Assembly: GCA_963848295.1 (NCBI GenBank)
Contig: CAWKDB010000010.1
Location: 3,328,001 to 3,392,000 of the forward strand
Length of the DNA: 64,000 bases
From: an uncultured delta proteobacterium
GTDB taxonomy: Bacteria > Myxococcota_A > Polyangia > Haliangiales > Haliangiaceae
Direction of reading: 5' to 3'
The notes under the pieces were generated by a model, which worked only from the letters and a program-made list of their open reading frames with translations, ran no database searches and had not been told where the DNA came from. Shown here in pieces: positions 9,188-20,415 of this stretch. How positions within the stretch are numbered: position 1 is the stretch's first letter; every line of letters starts with the position of its first letter. The translations under genes and the position numbers were made by a program.

Positions 9188-10033
9188 TCACGCGCTCGCG
9201 GTCTTCCAGTCCTTCTTCGAGAACGTGTCGAAGTCGATGACGAGCGCGATCGCCTTGTCGTCGGCATCGACCGCCCAATACGCCGTGTACTCGCCGTTGC
9301 CGGGGGCGAGCGCGAGCGCGCGCCGGCCATCGATCAGCGGGATCTCGGTCGGCTCGAGCCCGGCGACGGCCGGGACCGCGAGCACGCCGGTCGCTGCGCC
9401 GGTGTCGACGGTGCGGGCTCGCCCCGCGCCGGCAGCACCGCCGGACGGCGGTGCGGTTGGATCGACGAGCGCGATCCAACCACTCGTCACCGGAACGCGG
9501 GGCAGATCATCGGGCGACCTCGGCGGCTTCTGACCTCTGTAGTGCGCGACCGTCCAGCGCGCGATCGGCGGCCGGCCGACGTGCACGACGACGGCAGCGA
9601 GGCGCTGCTTCGCACCGTCGATCGAGCCCCGACCATCGGTCGCGATCGACGTCATCGCGCGAAACATGCCGGTGCCGACCGGGCGATCGAACACGCGCCA
9701 ACTCTTCGGCACGGCGGGGTCGCCGATCGCGATCGCGCCCGAGCTGACCGGCAGCGCGGTCGTGAGCCATTTCACATCGATCTTGTAAGCGCCGAACTTT
9801 TCGCCGTAGCGGAGCAGGCGGGCGACATCGCGCGGTGCCGCGAGCTCGTCGCGTTGCGCGGGGGGCGGCGGTGGTGCGGGCGGCGCCGGCGTCGTGACCC
9901 GAGTCGACTTCGGCTTTGCGACGCGCTTGGCCGCCGGCGTCGTGGCCCGAATCGACTTCGGCTTTGCGACGCGCTTGGCCGCCGGCTCTTTCGCCGCCGC
10001 CTTCGGTCTCGACTTGGCCTTCGTCTTCGCCAC
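9188..10033 (-). CDS. DUF4241-like protein with Lys/Ala/Pro-rich N-terminus and in-frame 57-bp element
   Basis: LPVSSGAIAIGDP, RLAAV, G.GEY..YWAVD....IALVIDF pattern. Confidence 0.65.
   Translation of the reverse strand: MAKTKAKSRPKAAAKEPAAKRVAKPKSIRATTPAAKRVAKPKSTRVTTPAPPAPPPPPAQRDELAAPRDVARLLRYGEKFGAYKIDVKWLTTALPVSSGAIAIGDPAVPKSWRVFDRPVGTGMFRAMTSIATDGRGSIDGAKQRLAAVVVHVGRPPIARWTVAHYRGQKPPRSPDDLPRVPVTSGWIALVDPTAPPSGGAAGAGRARTVDTGAATGVLAVPAVAGLEPTEIPLIDGRRALALAPGNGEYTAYWAVDADDKAIALVIDFDTFSKKDWKTASA
9407..9466 (-). repeat. Dispersed copy of the 57-bp element, in-frame in the DUF4241-like gene
   Basis: gtcgatccaaccgcaccgccgtccggcggtgctgccggcgcggggcgagcccgcaccgtc; 49/60 identical to the 2270 unit. 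Confidence 0.85.
9885..9986. repeat. 48-bp tandem duplication (AAKRVAKPKSxRxTTP x2)
   Basis: Units start at 9891 and 9939. Confidence 0.9.
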
Positions 10034-10091
10034 GCGCGAAACCTAACACGCCGGGTAGATCGTCCGCCTACACCACGCGTTGACACGCGAC

Positions 10092-11009
10092 ATGAAGCCG
10101 TATTGGACACTGCTCGCATTGGTCGGCTTGGGTGGAACGTCATTCGCGGATGACGATGCGCGGCCCGTCGCCACCGGCGAGCTCAGCTATGTCCGTGACT
10201 CGGTGCGCGGCGTCGCGCAGGACTACTTGGTGCTGCCGTCGGGCGGTGAGCTCGTCGGCGACATGAAGTTCGTCATGGCGGATCCGCTGCTCGGCGGCAA
10301 GGGGCTGCAGTTCACCGACCTCGCCTTGTTCGAGCTCGCCGGCCGCTGGTCGTTCGGCAAACAGCTCGAGCTCGCCTCGCACGTCGCATTCTTGGCGAAG
10401 CAGCCGTCGTATACCGACGAGAAGACCTGGCAGAGCGTCGATGTCGTGGGCCGCGCCGGCATCGGGCATCACGGCGCGCTCGCGTTGTCAGGCGCGGGTG
10501 GCCATCTGATGGATCACGATGGCGAGTGGCTGCGCCAGGGCCTCGACCTCGAGTGGAAGAAGACGATCGATCGCGAGTTCCTCTCGTTCGACATGCACGG
10601 CGGCGTCGATAGCATCGAGCTCGTGACGCCGGGACAACAAGCGGCGTACCTCAGCGAGGCCAGCGTCGCGGCGGCCGCGCTGTTTCGCGAGCCGAGCGGA
10701 CATTGGGGCGCGTGGATCGGTTTGTCCTATGCGCTGCCGTTCGCTCATCACGGCATCGATCCGACGAGTCAGCTCGCGCTCGATCCGCAGCCCCGCCTCG
10801 ATTTCCACATCGGCACCGCGCTGTCGCTCGTGGACAACTGGGACTTGTTCGTCGACTTTGCGGTCATCGATCGCGGCGACCTGTCGAACCCGGCGACCCG
10901 GTTGCCGATCCTCGACGGCGGGTTCGACCAGCGCCAGCTCGTGCTCGGGGTGACCCGCCACTTCGCGGGCGCTACGAGAAATCGCTACCAGTACGCGATG
11001 GCGGAGTAG
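10092..11009 (+). CDS. Secreted hypothetical protein, probable outer-membrane beta-barrel
   Basis: Signal peptide MKPYWTLLALVGLGGTSFA; alternating hydrophobic beta-strand pattern, ...QLVLGVTRHF near the C-terminus. Confidence 0.6.
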   Translation: MKPYWTLLALVGLGGTSFADDDARPVATGELSYVRDSVRGVAQDYLVLPSGGELVGDMKFVMADPLLGGKGLQFTDLALFELAGRWSFGKQLELASHVAFLAKQPSYTDEKTWQSVDVVGRAGIGHHGALALSGAGGHLMDHDGEWLRQGLDLEWKKTIDREFLSFDMHGGVDSIELVTPGQQAAYLSEASVAAAALFREPSGHWGAWIGLSYALPFAHHGIDPTSQLALDPQPRLDFHIGTALSLVDNWDLFVDFAVIDRGDLSNPATRLPILDGGFDQRQLVLGVTRHFAGATRNRYQYAMAE

Positions 11010-11117
11010 ACCTCGGTACCCGGGTGGGTAGATGCGTACTCAGCCCTACTCGACTGGCGAACGCTTACATATCGAGGATCATGGACAAGTGTGCCGCGCC
11101 CCGACGTGAGGGTGACC

Positions 11118-11133
11118 TGGCGCGGGCTTCGCA
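11118..11133 (+). promoter_or_regulatory. sigma54 -24/-12 promoter of second fliA-like gene
   Basis: TGGCGC-GGGCT-TCGCA; -12 C is 14 nt before ATG 11146. Confidence 0.6.
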
Positions 11134-11145
11134 CATGGCGGCGGC

Positions 11146-11820
11146 ATGGACGTCATCGACCGCCAAACTGCGCGAGATCAGCTGATTTCTGACTACGTCG
11201 GCATGGCGCGCAACATCGCGCTGAAGATGGCGCGCCGCTATCCAGCGCACGTCGACCGCGACGACATCGTGGCGGCCGCGATGCTCGGCCTGACCGAGGC
11301 GGCGAGCCGGTTCGACGAGTCGCGACGCGAGCCGTTCATGTCGTTCGCCGAACGCCGAGTCCGTGGCGCCGTGATCGACGAGCTGCGCCGCGGCGACGTG
11401 TTGACCCGCAATGCTCGCAAGCTCGCGCGCAAGGTCAACGCCGCTCGGCGCGATCTCGAGCAGCGCGGGATCGAGGCGACCGACGAGCTCGTCGCCGAGG
11501 CCTGCGGCGTATCGCTCGAGGAATTCGTCACCGACATCAAGCCACGCGTCACCGTCGAACATAAGGGTCTCAACGGGACGCTGGTCGCGACCGAGCCTCG
11601 CCAGGATGCGCAGTTGATCGAGCAGCGCGAACGCCAAGACGTCAAGGACGCGATGGGCGAGCTCCCGGCGCGCGAGTTGACTTGCTTGGAGCTGCACTAC
11701 TTCGAGGACCGGCCGTACTACGACATCGGACGGTCGATCGGTGTCACGCCAGCTCGGGTCTATCAGCTCTGCAGTCGCGCGCTCGAACGCGTGCGCACCA
11801 CGCTCGCGCACGCGGCCTAG
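11146..11820 (+). CDS. FliA/WhiG-family sigma factor, second paralog
   Basis: DDIVAAAMLGLTEAASRFD..R.EPFMSFAERRVRGAVIDELRRGD, GVTPARVYQL; visibly similar to fliA at 39199. Confidence 0.85.
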   Translation: MDVIDRQTARDQLISDYVGMARNIALKMARRYPAHVDRDDIVAAAMLGLTEAASRFDESRREPFMSFAERRVRGAVIDELRRGDVLTRNARKLARKVNAARRDLEQRGIEATDELVAEACGVSLEEFVTDIKPRVTVEHKGLNGTLVATEPRQDAQLIEQRERQDVKDAMGELPARELTCLELHYFEDRPYYDIGRSIGVTPARVYQLCSRALERVRTTLAHAA

Positions 11821-11994
11821 AGATTTGCTGACCGCATCGTTGTTCAACGGGTATGCGATCACCCACCGCGGTAACAAAATACCCGGGGTGCTATCCCAGT
11901 GCTAACCATGCGAATCTAAGCTTGATTCAGTCATGTCCGCGCGATCATTCGATCGCCCTTACAAGTGGATCAAGCGCCAATCAAATCCGGAGAG

Positions 11995-12010
11995 TGGCCC
12001 AGCGCTCGCA
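11995..12010 (+). promoter_or_regulatory. sigma54 promoter of FleQ-like activator
   Basis: TGGCCC-AGCGC-TCGCA; -12 C is 14 nt before ATG 12023. Confidence 0.55.
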
Positions 12011-12022
12011 CTATCACTCCGC

Positions 12023-13042
<1,020 letters not shown>

Positions 13043-13045
13043 ACG

Positions 13046-14476
<1,431 letters not shown>

Positions 14477-14496
14477 GTTTCCTCGGGGGAGGCGAG

Positions 14497-15657
14497 CTAG
14501 CTGCGTCCGGGCAGCCTCACGTGGAACGTGGGGCCTTCAGGCTGCGACTTGTACTCGATGGACCCGCCGTGAGCTTCGCACGCGAGGCGGCAGAAGTACA
14601 AGCCGATGCCGCGCTTGCCATTCTTGCCCTTGGCGTACTTCGCAAACAGGTTGTTCTCCAGGTCCGGCGGCACGAGGGGACCGGTGTTGTGGACGACGAT
14701 CTCGACGCTCTCGGGGTCGTGGTCGTGGAGCGGGCGCGCCGACAGCCGGATCTCGCCGTTCGCGTTGCAGTAGCGCGCGGCGTTGCCGACCAGGTTGTGC
14801 AGGACGCGCTCGATCAGGGCGACGTCGAGGTGGCCGTTGAGCTTCTGGTCGCAGTCGACGTTGCACTTGATGTTGCGGCCCATCGCCGCCGCGTGGACGT
14901 CGATCACCTCGAGCAGCAGCGCGCGTACGGGCGCCGTGGTGCACGCAGGTTTGACGCTGGCGTCCTCGAACCGCGCGATGTCGACGAAGTTCGCGACCAA
15001 GCCGCTCATCCGGCGCAACGCGTTGAGCGTCGAGGTCAGCGCCTGGCCCTCATCGGCTTCGAGCGTGATCGAGCCGCTGATGTACGTGAGGTTCGACAGC
15101 GCGACCGCGAGGCCGTTGTTGAGGTCGTGGGCGAGCATCGCGGCGGCTTCGGCGCCGTACGCGAGCAAGCGGTCCGCGCGCTCGCGAGCGAGGCGGGATT
15201 CGATGTAGGCCTGCTGCGTACGCGCAGCGGCGATCATCCGGCGGCGCAGCTCGGCGATCACCGCCGGCTTCGTCATCACATCGTCGGCGCCGGCATCGAA
15301 GCAGGTCGCGCGGAAGTCTTCATCGTCTTGCCCGCTGAGCACCGACACCCACACCGCCGAGCCGTGAAGCTCCTTGAGCCGGCGCACGACCTCGAGACCG
15401 CTCGTCGGCATGTCGAAGTCGACGAGCGCGAGATCCGGCGGCGTGGTCTCGGCGAGCGCGATCGCGGGCTTGCCGTCCTCGGCGGTCATCACGTGGAAGC
15501 CGACCCGAGACAGGGCATTCGCGATCGCGCGGCGGACGCGAGGGTCATCGTCGACGACAAGGATGCGAACCCCGGCCAGCTGAGGCAGCGGGTGGGCCCC
15601 CGACATCGATGTGGTCGGTTCGGGGTGATCCAACAAGCTCGCGATCGCGTTCGACAC
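14497..15657 (-). CDS. Hybrid REC-histidine kinase
   Basis: REC (VVDDD, DFDMP, KP); H-box AHDLNN; NLVGNAARY, NTGP, GIGLYFC. Confidence 0.88.
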   Translation of the reverse strand: MSNAIASLLDHPEPTTSMSGAHPLPQLAGVRILVVDDDPRVRRAIANALSRVGFHVMTAEDGKPAIALAETTPPDLALVDFDMPTSGLEVVRRLKELHGSAVWVSVLSGQDDEDFRATCFDAGADDVMTKPAVIAELRRRMIAAARTQQAYIESRLARERADRLLAYGAEAAAMLAHDLNNGLAVALSNLTYISGSITLEADEGQALTSTLNALRRMSGLVANFVDIARFEDASVKPACTTAPVRALLLEVIDVHAAAMGRNIKCNVDCDQKLNGHLDVALIERVLHNLVGNAARYCNANGEIRLSARPLHDHDPESVEIVVHNTGPLVPPDLENNLFAKYAKGKNGKRGIGLYFCRLACEAHGGSIEYKSQPEGPTFHVRLPGRS

Positions 15658-15669
15658 GCCAAGGGGCTT

Positions 15670-15685
15670 TGCGAGCGACGTGCCA
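15670..15685 (-). promoter_or_regulatory. sigma54 promoter of HK-RR operon
   Basis: TGGCAC-GTCGC-TCGCA on the minus strand; -12 C is 14 nt before GTG 15657. Confidence 0.7.
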
Positions 15686-15787
15686 GTAACGGTCGGTGCG
15701 CTGACGAGAGTTAGCCGCGATGAGAGCCGCGTTACGTCAAACTCGCCGACACTTTACGGCATCGGGGTCCGGCCGAATCTCTCGGTG

Positions 15788-17071
15788 ATGCCGAGTAGCG
15801 TCGCCCAAGCCCTCTCGTCGTTGGCACCTTCGCCGCCGGTCGCAGTGGTCGATACGTTGCTCGACGCCGCGATCGGGTCCGACGCCGACTTCGTGTGGAT
15901 CGAGCCCGTCCCGATGGCCGAAGAGCTCTATCTGATCTCGATCGAGAGCCAGGGTCAGGTGATCGCGACCGCTTCGATCGACGCGCTGCTCGCGCTGTCG
16001 GTGATCGCTCGGTTGGCGTTCATCTCCGGAGTCGACCTCACCGCGCCGACGGTCGTCACCGGTACCGCGCGGGTCAAGGGCCGCGGGCGCGAGTGCGACG
16101 TCGTTTGCACGTTGCGGCCCGGCACCGAGGTGCGCGCCGAGGTGATGTTCGTCAAACGCGGACCGCGACTCGTCGCGGGCGAACGGCACGAGCTCGGCGA
16201 CGGAGATCGTGTCGGTCACTATCGAATCATCGAACGACTCGGAGCAGGTGGCATGGGCAGCGTGTACAAGGTCGAGCACGTCACGCTCGGTCGGCTCTAC
16301 GCGCTCAAGGTCTTGCACCGCACCGTGCTAGAGCGCGATCCCCAGAGCGTCGATCGGTTCCTGCGCGAAGCGAGGGCGGCGTCGCGCATCCAGCATTCGC
16401 ACATCGTCGACGTGTTCGACTTCGGGTTCGTGGCCGACGGTCGGCCGTACTTCGTGATGGAGATGCTACCGGGCATCAGCCTCGCCGACCTGATCGACGA
16501 CGCGGCGCTCGAACCGGCGCGCGCACTCGAGATCGCGCGCCAGCTCGGCGAGGCGCTCGCGGCGGCTCACGAGCACGGCGTGATCCATGCCGACGTCACG
16601 CCGTCGAACGTGCTGGTCACCGAGCTCGACGACAAGACGATCGTCAAGCTCGTCGACTTCGGCCTCGCCGAGCTGCGCGAACCGAACGTCGTGCCCGAGG
16701 AGCCGGTCGCGAGCGACTTCGTGCTCGGTACGCCGTGCTACGTGTCGCCCGAACAACTGCGCGGCATGCCCGTGACCGAGCGCTCCGATCAATACGCGCT
16801 CGGCGTCGTGCTGTACGAGATGATCGTCGGCGCACCGCCGTTCACCGACACGAATCTGCGCGCGCTGTGCATGAAGCACATCAACGATGCGGTGCCCGAC
16901 GTCCACAGCAAGTTCGGCCCGGTGCCGGCGGAGCTGTCGAAGTTCATCCAGCGCTGCATGGCGAAGTCGCCGTCGGCGCGTTATCCGAGCACGCGCGCGA
17001 TGCTCGGCGATCTCGACATCGTCACCAAGCTCGTCGAACGCCGTGGCTGGCGTCGTTGGCTGACCACGTGA
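15788..17071 (+). CDS. Ser/Thr kinase fused to a degenerate GspE/PilB-type N-terminal domain
   Basis: GAGGMGSVY, YALK, HADVTPSN, DFG, GTPCYVSPE; N-terminal VDTLLDAAI...WIEP, VIARLAFISGVDL. Confidence 0.8.
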   Translation: MPSSVAQALSSLAPSPPVAVVDTLLDAAIGSDADFVWIEPVPMAEELYLISIESQGQVIATASIDALLALSVIARLAFISGVDLTAPTVVTGTARVKGRGRECDVVCTLRPGTEVRAEVMFVKRGPRLVAGERHELGDGDRVGHYRIIERLGAGGMGSVYKVEHVTLGRLYALKVLHRTVLERDPQSVDRFLREARAASRIQHSHIVDVFDFGFVADGRPYFVMEMLPGISLADLIDDAALEPARALEIARQLGEALAAAHEHGVIHADVTPSNVLVTELDDKTIVKLVDFGLAELREPNVVPEEPVASDFVLGTPCYVSPEQLRGMPVTERSDQYALGVVLYEMIVGAPPFTDTNLRALCMKHINDAVPDVHSKFGPVPAELSKFIQRCMAKSPSARYPSTRAMLGDLDIVTKLVERRGWRRWLTT

Positions 17072-17080
17072 GGCTAGTCC

Positions 17081-17674
17081 ATGCCCGATGACCATCCCGC
17101 CACGCCACGTCCCGTCGTCGTCTGCGTCGATGACGATCCCGAGATGCTTGCCGCGTTGCTGCGCACGCTGCGCAAGATGCCGATCGAGTTGATCTCGACC
17201 TCCGAGCCCGCACAAGCGCTCGCGTGGGTCGGTGAACGCGACATCGCGGTCCTCGTGTCGGACTACGAGATGCCCATGATGAACGGCGCCGAGCTTGCCG
17301 CGGCGGCGCGCCGCGCGCGTCCCGAAACGGTGCGCGTGCTGATGACCGGCCGGCAGACGCTCGACACCGCGGTCGATGGCATCAACCAGGGCGAGGTGTT
17401 TCGTTACGTCCAGAAGCCGTTCGATCCGAAGCGGATGGTTCAGGTCGTGACCGAGGCGGTCGCGCGCCACCAGGAGCTCGTGTCGGTGTCGAGCGAGCGC
17501 GATCGCGCGGTGCGCCGCGACCGGATCGTCGCCGAGCTCGAGTCCGAGCATCCGCACATGACGAGCGTCGCGCGCGAGTCCGACGGCACCTACATCGTGC
17601 CCGTCACGCCGCACTCCGCGGTCGCCGGGTTGGGCCTCGACGCGATCATCGCGCTCGCGGGGCGCGTCCGATGA
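17081..17674 (+). CDS. Response regulator (REC plus short helical extension)
   Basis: VCVDDD, SDYEMP, LMTG, QKPFD. Confidence 0.85.
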   Translation: MPDDHPATPRPVVVCVDDDPEMLAALLRTLRKMPIELISTSEPAQALAWVGERDIAVLVSDYEMPMMNGAELAAAARRARPETVRVLMTGRQTLDTAVDGINQGEVFRYVQKPFDPKRMVQVVTEAVARHQELVSVSSERDRAVRRDRIVAELESEHPHMTSVARESDGTYIVPVTPHSAVAGLGLDAIIALAGRVR

Positions 17675-17746
17675 CGACGCTGGCGGAATTGACGGCGAGC
17701 GGTGGCGCTCGCGTCGCTAACCGCGCGGCACCCCAGCGATCGCGTG

Positions 17747-17762
17747 CGGCATGGTCGTTGCT
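17747..17762 (+). promoter_or_regulatory. sigma54 promoter of fliL-pse operon
   Basis: CGGCAT-GGTCG-TTGCT; -12 C is 19 nt before ATG 17780. Confidence 0.7.
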
Positions 17763-17779
17763 GTTGGAGTCCACTACCT

Positions 17780-18265
17780 ATGTCTGACGAGCCCGCCGTC
17801 AAACCGCCCGAACTGGCGAAGAGCAAGACCTCCAAAGTCGTGCTCGCGTTGCTCGTGCTCAACCTCGGCGCCAGCGGCTTCGGTGTGTTCAAGCTGCTCA
17901 CCGCGACCCCGGCCGAGGCCGCGACCGTCGCGAAAGAGCCGCCACCTCCGACCAACGAGGTGACCGGCCCGGTGATGAGCTTCGATCCGTTCGTGGTCAA
18001 CCTCGACGAGCCCGGCACGTCTCGCTACTTGAAGGTCACGCTCCAGGTCGAGCTCGAGTCGCCCGACGCGGCGGAGGCAGTCGAGAAGAGCAAGCAGCTC
18101 ATTCGCGACACGATCCTCAGCCACCTCTCGGGCCTGCACGTCAAAGACACGCTCGGCGCGGAAGCGAAGGACAAGATCCGCAGCGAGCTGATGACCCGCG
18201 TCGAGAAGGTCCTCGGCAAGAACAAGATCAAGCGGATGTTCTTCCAAGAATTCGTCGTCCAGTAG
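17780..18265 (+). CDS. fliL: Flagellar basal body-associated protein FliL
   Basis: N-terminal TM, FVVNL...RYLKV, IRD, K..IRSEL, FQEFVVQ C-terminus. Confidence 0.9.
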   Translation: MSDEPAVKPPELAKSKTSKVVLALLVLNLGASGFGVFKLLTATPAEAATVAKEPPPPTNEVTGPVMSFDPFVVNLDEPGTSRYLKVTLQVELESPDAAEAVEKSKQLIRDTILSHLSGLHVKDTLGAEAKDKIRSELMTRVEKVLGKNKIKRMFFQEFVVQ

Positions 18266-18275
18266 CGAGCAAACC

Positions 18276-19319
18276 ATGGCGAAGCCCATCACCATCGGAC
18301 GTCCCGTCGGTCCCGGCGAACCGCCGTTCATCGTCGCGGAGCTGTCCGCGAATCACCTAGGGAGTCTCGAGCGAGCCCTCGCGATCGTCGATGCGGCGGC
18401 CGATGCCGGGTGCGACGCGATGAAGCTCCAGACGTTCACTCCATCGGCCATGACGCTCGAGATGGACAAAGGTGATTTTCATATCGCCGACGGTCCGTGG
18501 CAGGGCCGGTCGCTGTGGGATCTCTACGACGAGGCGCACACGCCGTGGGAGTGGCACGCGCCGCTGTTCGCACGCGCCGCCGCGCGCGGCATGATGTGCT
18601 TCTCGACGCCGTTCGACGAGCAAGCGGTCGAGCAACTCGATCGGCTCGGCGCGCCGGCGTTCAAGGTCGCGTCGTTCGAGCTCGTCGATCTCGAGTTGAT
18701 CGCCGCGTGCGCGAGGACCGGCAAGCCGTTGATCATGTCGACCGGGATGGCCTCCGATGAAGAGATCGGCGAGGCGATCGAGACCGCGCGCTCGGCGGGC
18801 GCCGGTGGCATCGCGCTCCTGCACTGCGTGAGCGGCTATCCGACGCCGCCGGAGCAGACCAACTTGCGCCGGCTCGACGCGCTCGCGCAGCTCGGTACCG
18901 TCGTCGGCATCTCCGATCACTCGCCCGGCTCGACCGTGCCGATCGCCGCGGTCGCTCGCGGTGCCACGATCGTCGAGAAGCACCTGACGCTCGCGCGCGC
19001 CGACGGCGGCCCGGATGCGGGGTTTTCGCTCGAGCCGGCCGAGATGGCCGAGGTCGTACGGGGCTGCAAGATGGCGTGGGCCGCGCTCGGCGATGGCTCG
19101 TCCGTCCGGCCGAAGGCCGAAGCGGGCTCGCGCAAGTTTCGTCGTTCGCTCTATGCCACCGCCGACATCGCGCCCGGCGAGGCGTTCGGTCGCGACAACA
19201 TTCGCTCGATCCGCCCTGGCCTCGGCTTGCCGCCGCGTGACTTGCCGCGCGTGATCGGTCGCGCCGCGAGGGTGGCGATCGCGAAGGGCACGCCGCTCGC
19301 GTGGGAGCTGATCGCGTGA
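18276..19319 (+). CDS. pseI: Pseudaminic acid synthase
   Basis: FIVAELSANHLG, KLQT, HTPWEWH, KVASFE, GISDH, EKHLTL, C-terminal SAF domain RSIRPGLG. Confidence 0.9.
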   Translation: MAKPITIGRPVGPGEPPFIVAELSANHLGSLERALAIVDAAADAGCDAMKLQTFTPSAMTLEMDKGDFHIADGPWQGRSLWDLYDEAHTPWEWHAPLFARAAARGMMCFSTPFDEQAVEQLDRLGAPAFKVASFELVDLELIAACARTGKPLIMSTGMASDEEIGEAIETARSAGAGGIALLHCVSGYPTPPEQTNLRRLDALAQLGTVVGISDHSPGSTVPIAAVARGATIVEKHLTLARADGGPDAGFSLEPAEMAEVVRGCKMAWAALGDGSSVRPKAEAGSRKFRRSLYATADIAPGEAFGRDNIRSIRPGLGLPPRDLPRVIGRAARVAIAKGTPLAWELIA

Positions 19320-19816
19320 CCGTGGCGCTGCGCAAAGCTCGCCCGCTCGACTGCCGGCGCGTGTGGGAATGGAGCTGCTCGCCGGACGCGCGCGCTAGCT
19401 CGCTCGATCCGCGGCCGATTCCGATCGCCGAGCACGAGCAGTGGTTTCGCGAGCGCGTCGCGCGTGACGGCATGTGGATCGTCGAAGCGAACCTCGCCGA
19501 CGTCGGCGTCGTGCGGATCGATCCAACCGCGCTGCCATTCGACCGGATCTCGATCGCGATCACCTCGGCGGCGCGCGGTCGCGGCATCGGTCGTCGCGCG
19601 GTCGCCGCCGCGTGCGAAGCGTGGCAACGCCCGGTGTTCGCCGAGGTCCTGCCCGACAACGCGGCGAGCCGAGCCTGTTTCGAAGCGTGCGGGTTCGTCG
19701 TGCGCGACACCGGCCCCAGAGTCGATCCCACCGCACTGCCATTCGGCAGCGCTGCCGGCCGCGGGCAAGCCGCGACCGTCGTCACTTACGCGTGGAGCCC
19801 AGCATGCAAGCCATGA
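19316..19816 (+). CDS. GNAT acetyltransferase, PseH-like, carrying in-frame 57-bp element
   Basis: EHEQWF, ARGRGIG, NAASRACFEACGF; overlaps the pseI stop (GTGA). Confidence 0.75.
   Translation: MTVALRKARPLDCRRVWEWSCSPDARASSLDPRPIPIAEHEQWFRERVARDGMWIVEANLADVGVVRIDPTALPFDRISIAITSAARGRGIGRRAVAAACEAWQRPVFAEVLPDNAASRACFEACGFVVRDTGPRVDPTALPFGSAAGRGQAATVVTYAWSPACKP
19721..19780 (+). repeat. Dispersed copy of the 57-bp element, in-frame in the GNAT gene (partial 5' copy at 19517-19541)
   Basis: gtcgatcccaccgcactgccattcggcagcgctgccggccgcgggcaagccgcgaccgtc; 51/60 identical to the 2270 unit. Confidence 0.85.
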
Positions 19817-20415
19817 CCGAGACCTCGCAACTGAAGCTGTGGAAGTCCGACTTCGGGCGGTCGTACACCGATCGCAACGACTACGAAAAGCCCGAGCGCG
19901 TCACCAGCTGGGAGCGCGTGCTCGAAGGCATCGCGCCGAAGCGCGTCCTCGAGGTCGGGTGCAACGTCGGCTGGAACCTCGTGTATCTCACGCGCGTCGG
20001 TGTGCCCGAGCTCTACGGCGTCGAGCCGCAACGCTATGCAGTCGAGCGCGCGCGGCAGCGTTGCCCCGATTTCGGCGTGCTGCAAGGCACCGCGTTCGAC
20101 CTGCCGTTTCGCGATGGCTTCTTCGACATGGTGTTCACGAGCGGCGTGATGATTCACATCGGACCGCAAGAGCTGCCGCTCGCGCTCGACGAGATCTATC
20201 GCTGCTCGCGCCGGTGGATCGTCGCGATCGAATACGACCACGCGACCGAGCAAGAGGTCGAATACCGCGGTCACGCCGGCGCGCTGTGGAAGCGCGATCA
20301 CGGCAAGGTCTGGCAGGCGCGCTATCCGAGCCTGCGCGAGATCCGCACGATCAAGCTCGGCACCGCCGACGGCTACGACGACTGCACCGCCCACGTATTC
20401 GAGAAGCGCGCATGA
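19813..20415 (+). CDS. Pseudaminic acid biosynthesis-associated SAM methyltransferase
   Basis: W..DFG..YTDRN, LEVGCNVGWNL, VFTSGVMIH, EVEYRGH..ALWKRD. Confidence 0.85.
   Translation: MTETSQLKLWKSDFGRSYTDRNDYEKPERVTSWERVLEGIAPKRVLEVGCNVGWNLVYLTRVGVPELYGVEPQRYAVERARQRCPDFGVLQGTAFDLPFRDGFFDMVFTSGVMIHIGPQELPLALDEIYRCSRRWIVAIEYDHATEQEVEYRGHAGALWKRDHGKVWQARYPSLREIRTIKLGTADGYDDCTAHVFEKRA

Noticed and set aside
11821..11994. AT-richer intergenic region before the FleQ-like gene as a c-di-GMP riboswitch or sRNA
   Set aside because: I could not match the GEMM conserved motifs or find a convincing stem set; an Rfam scan would settle it.
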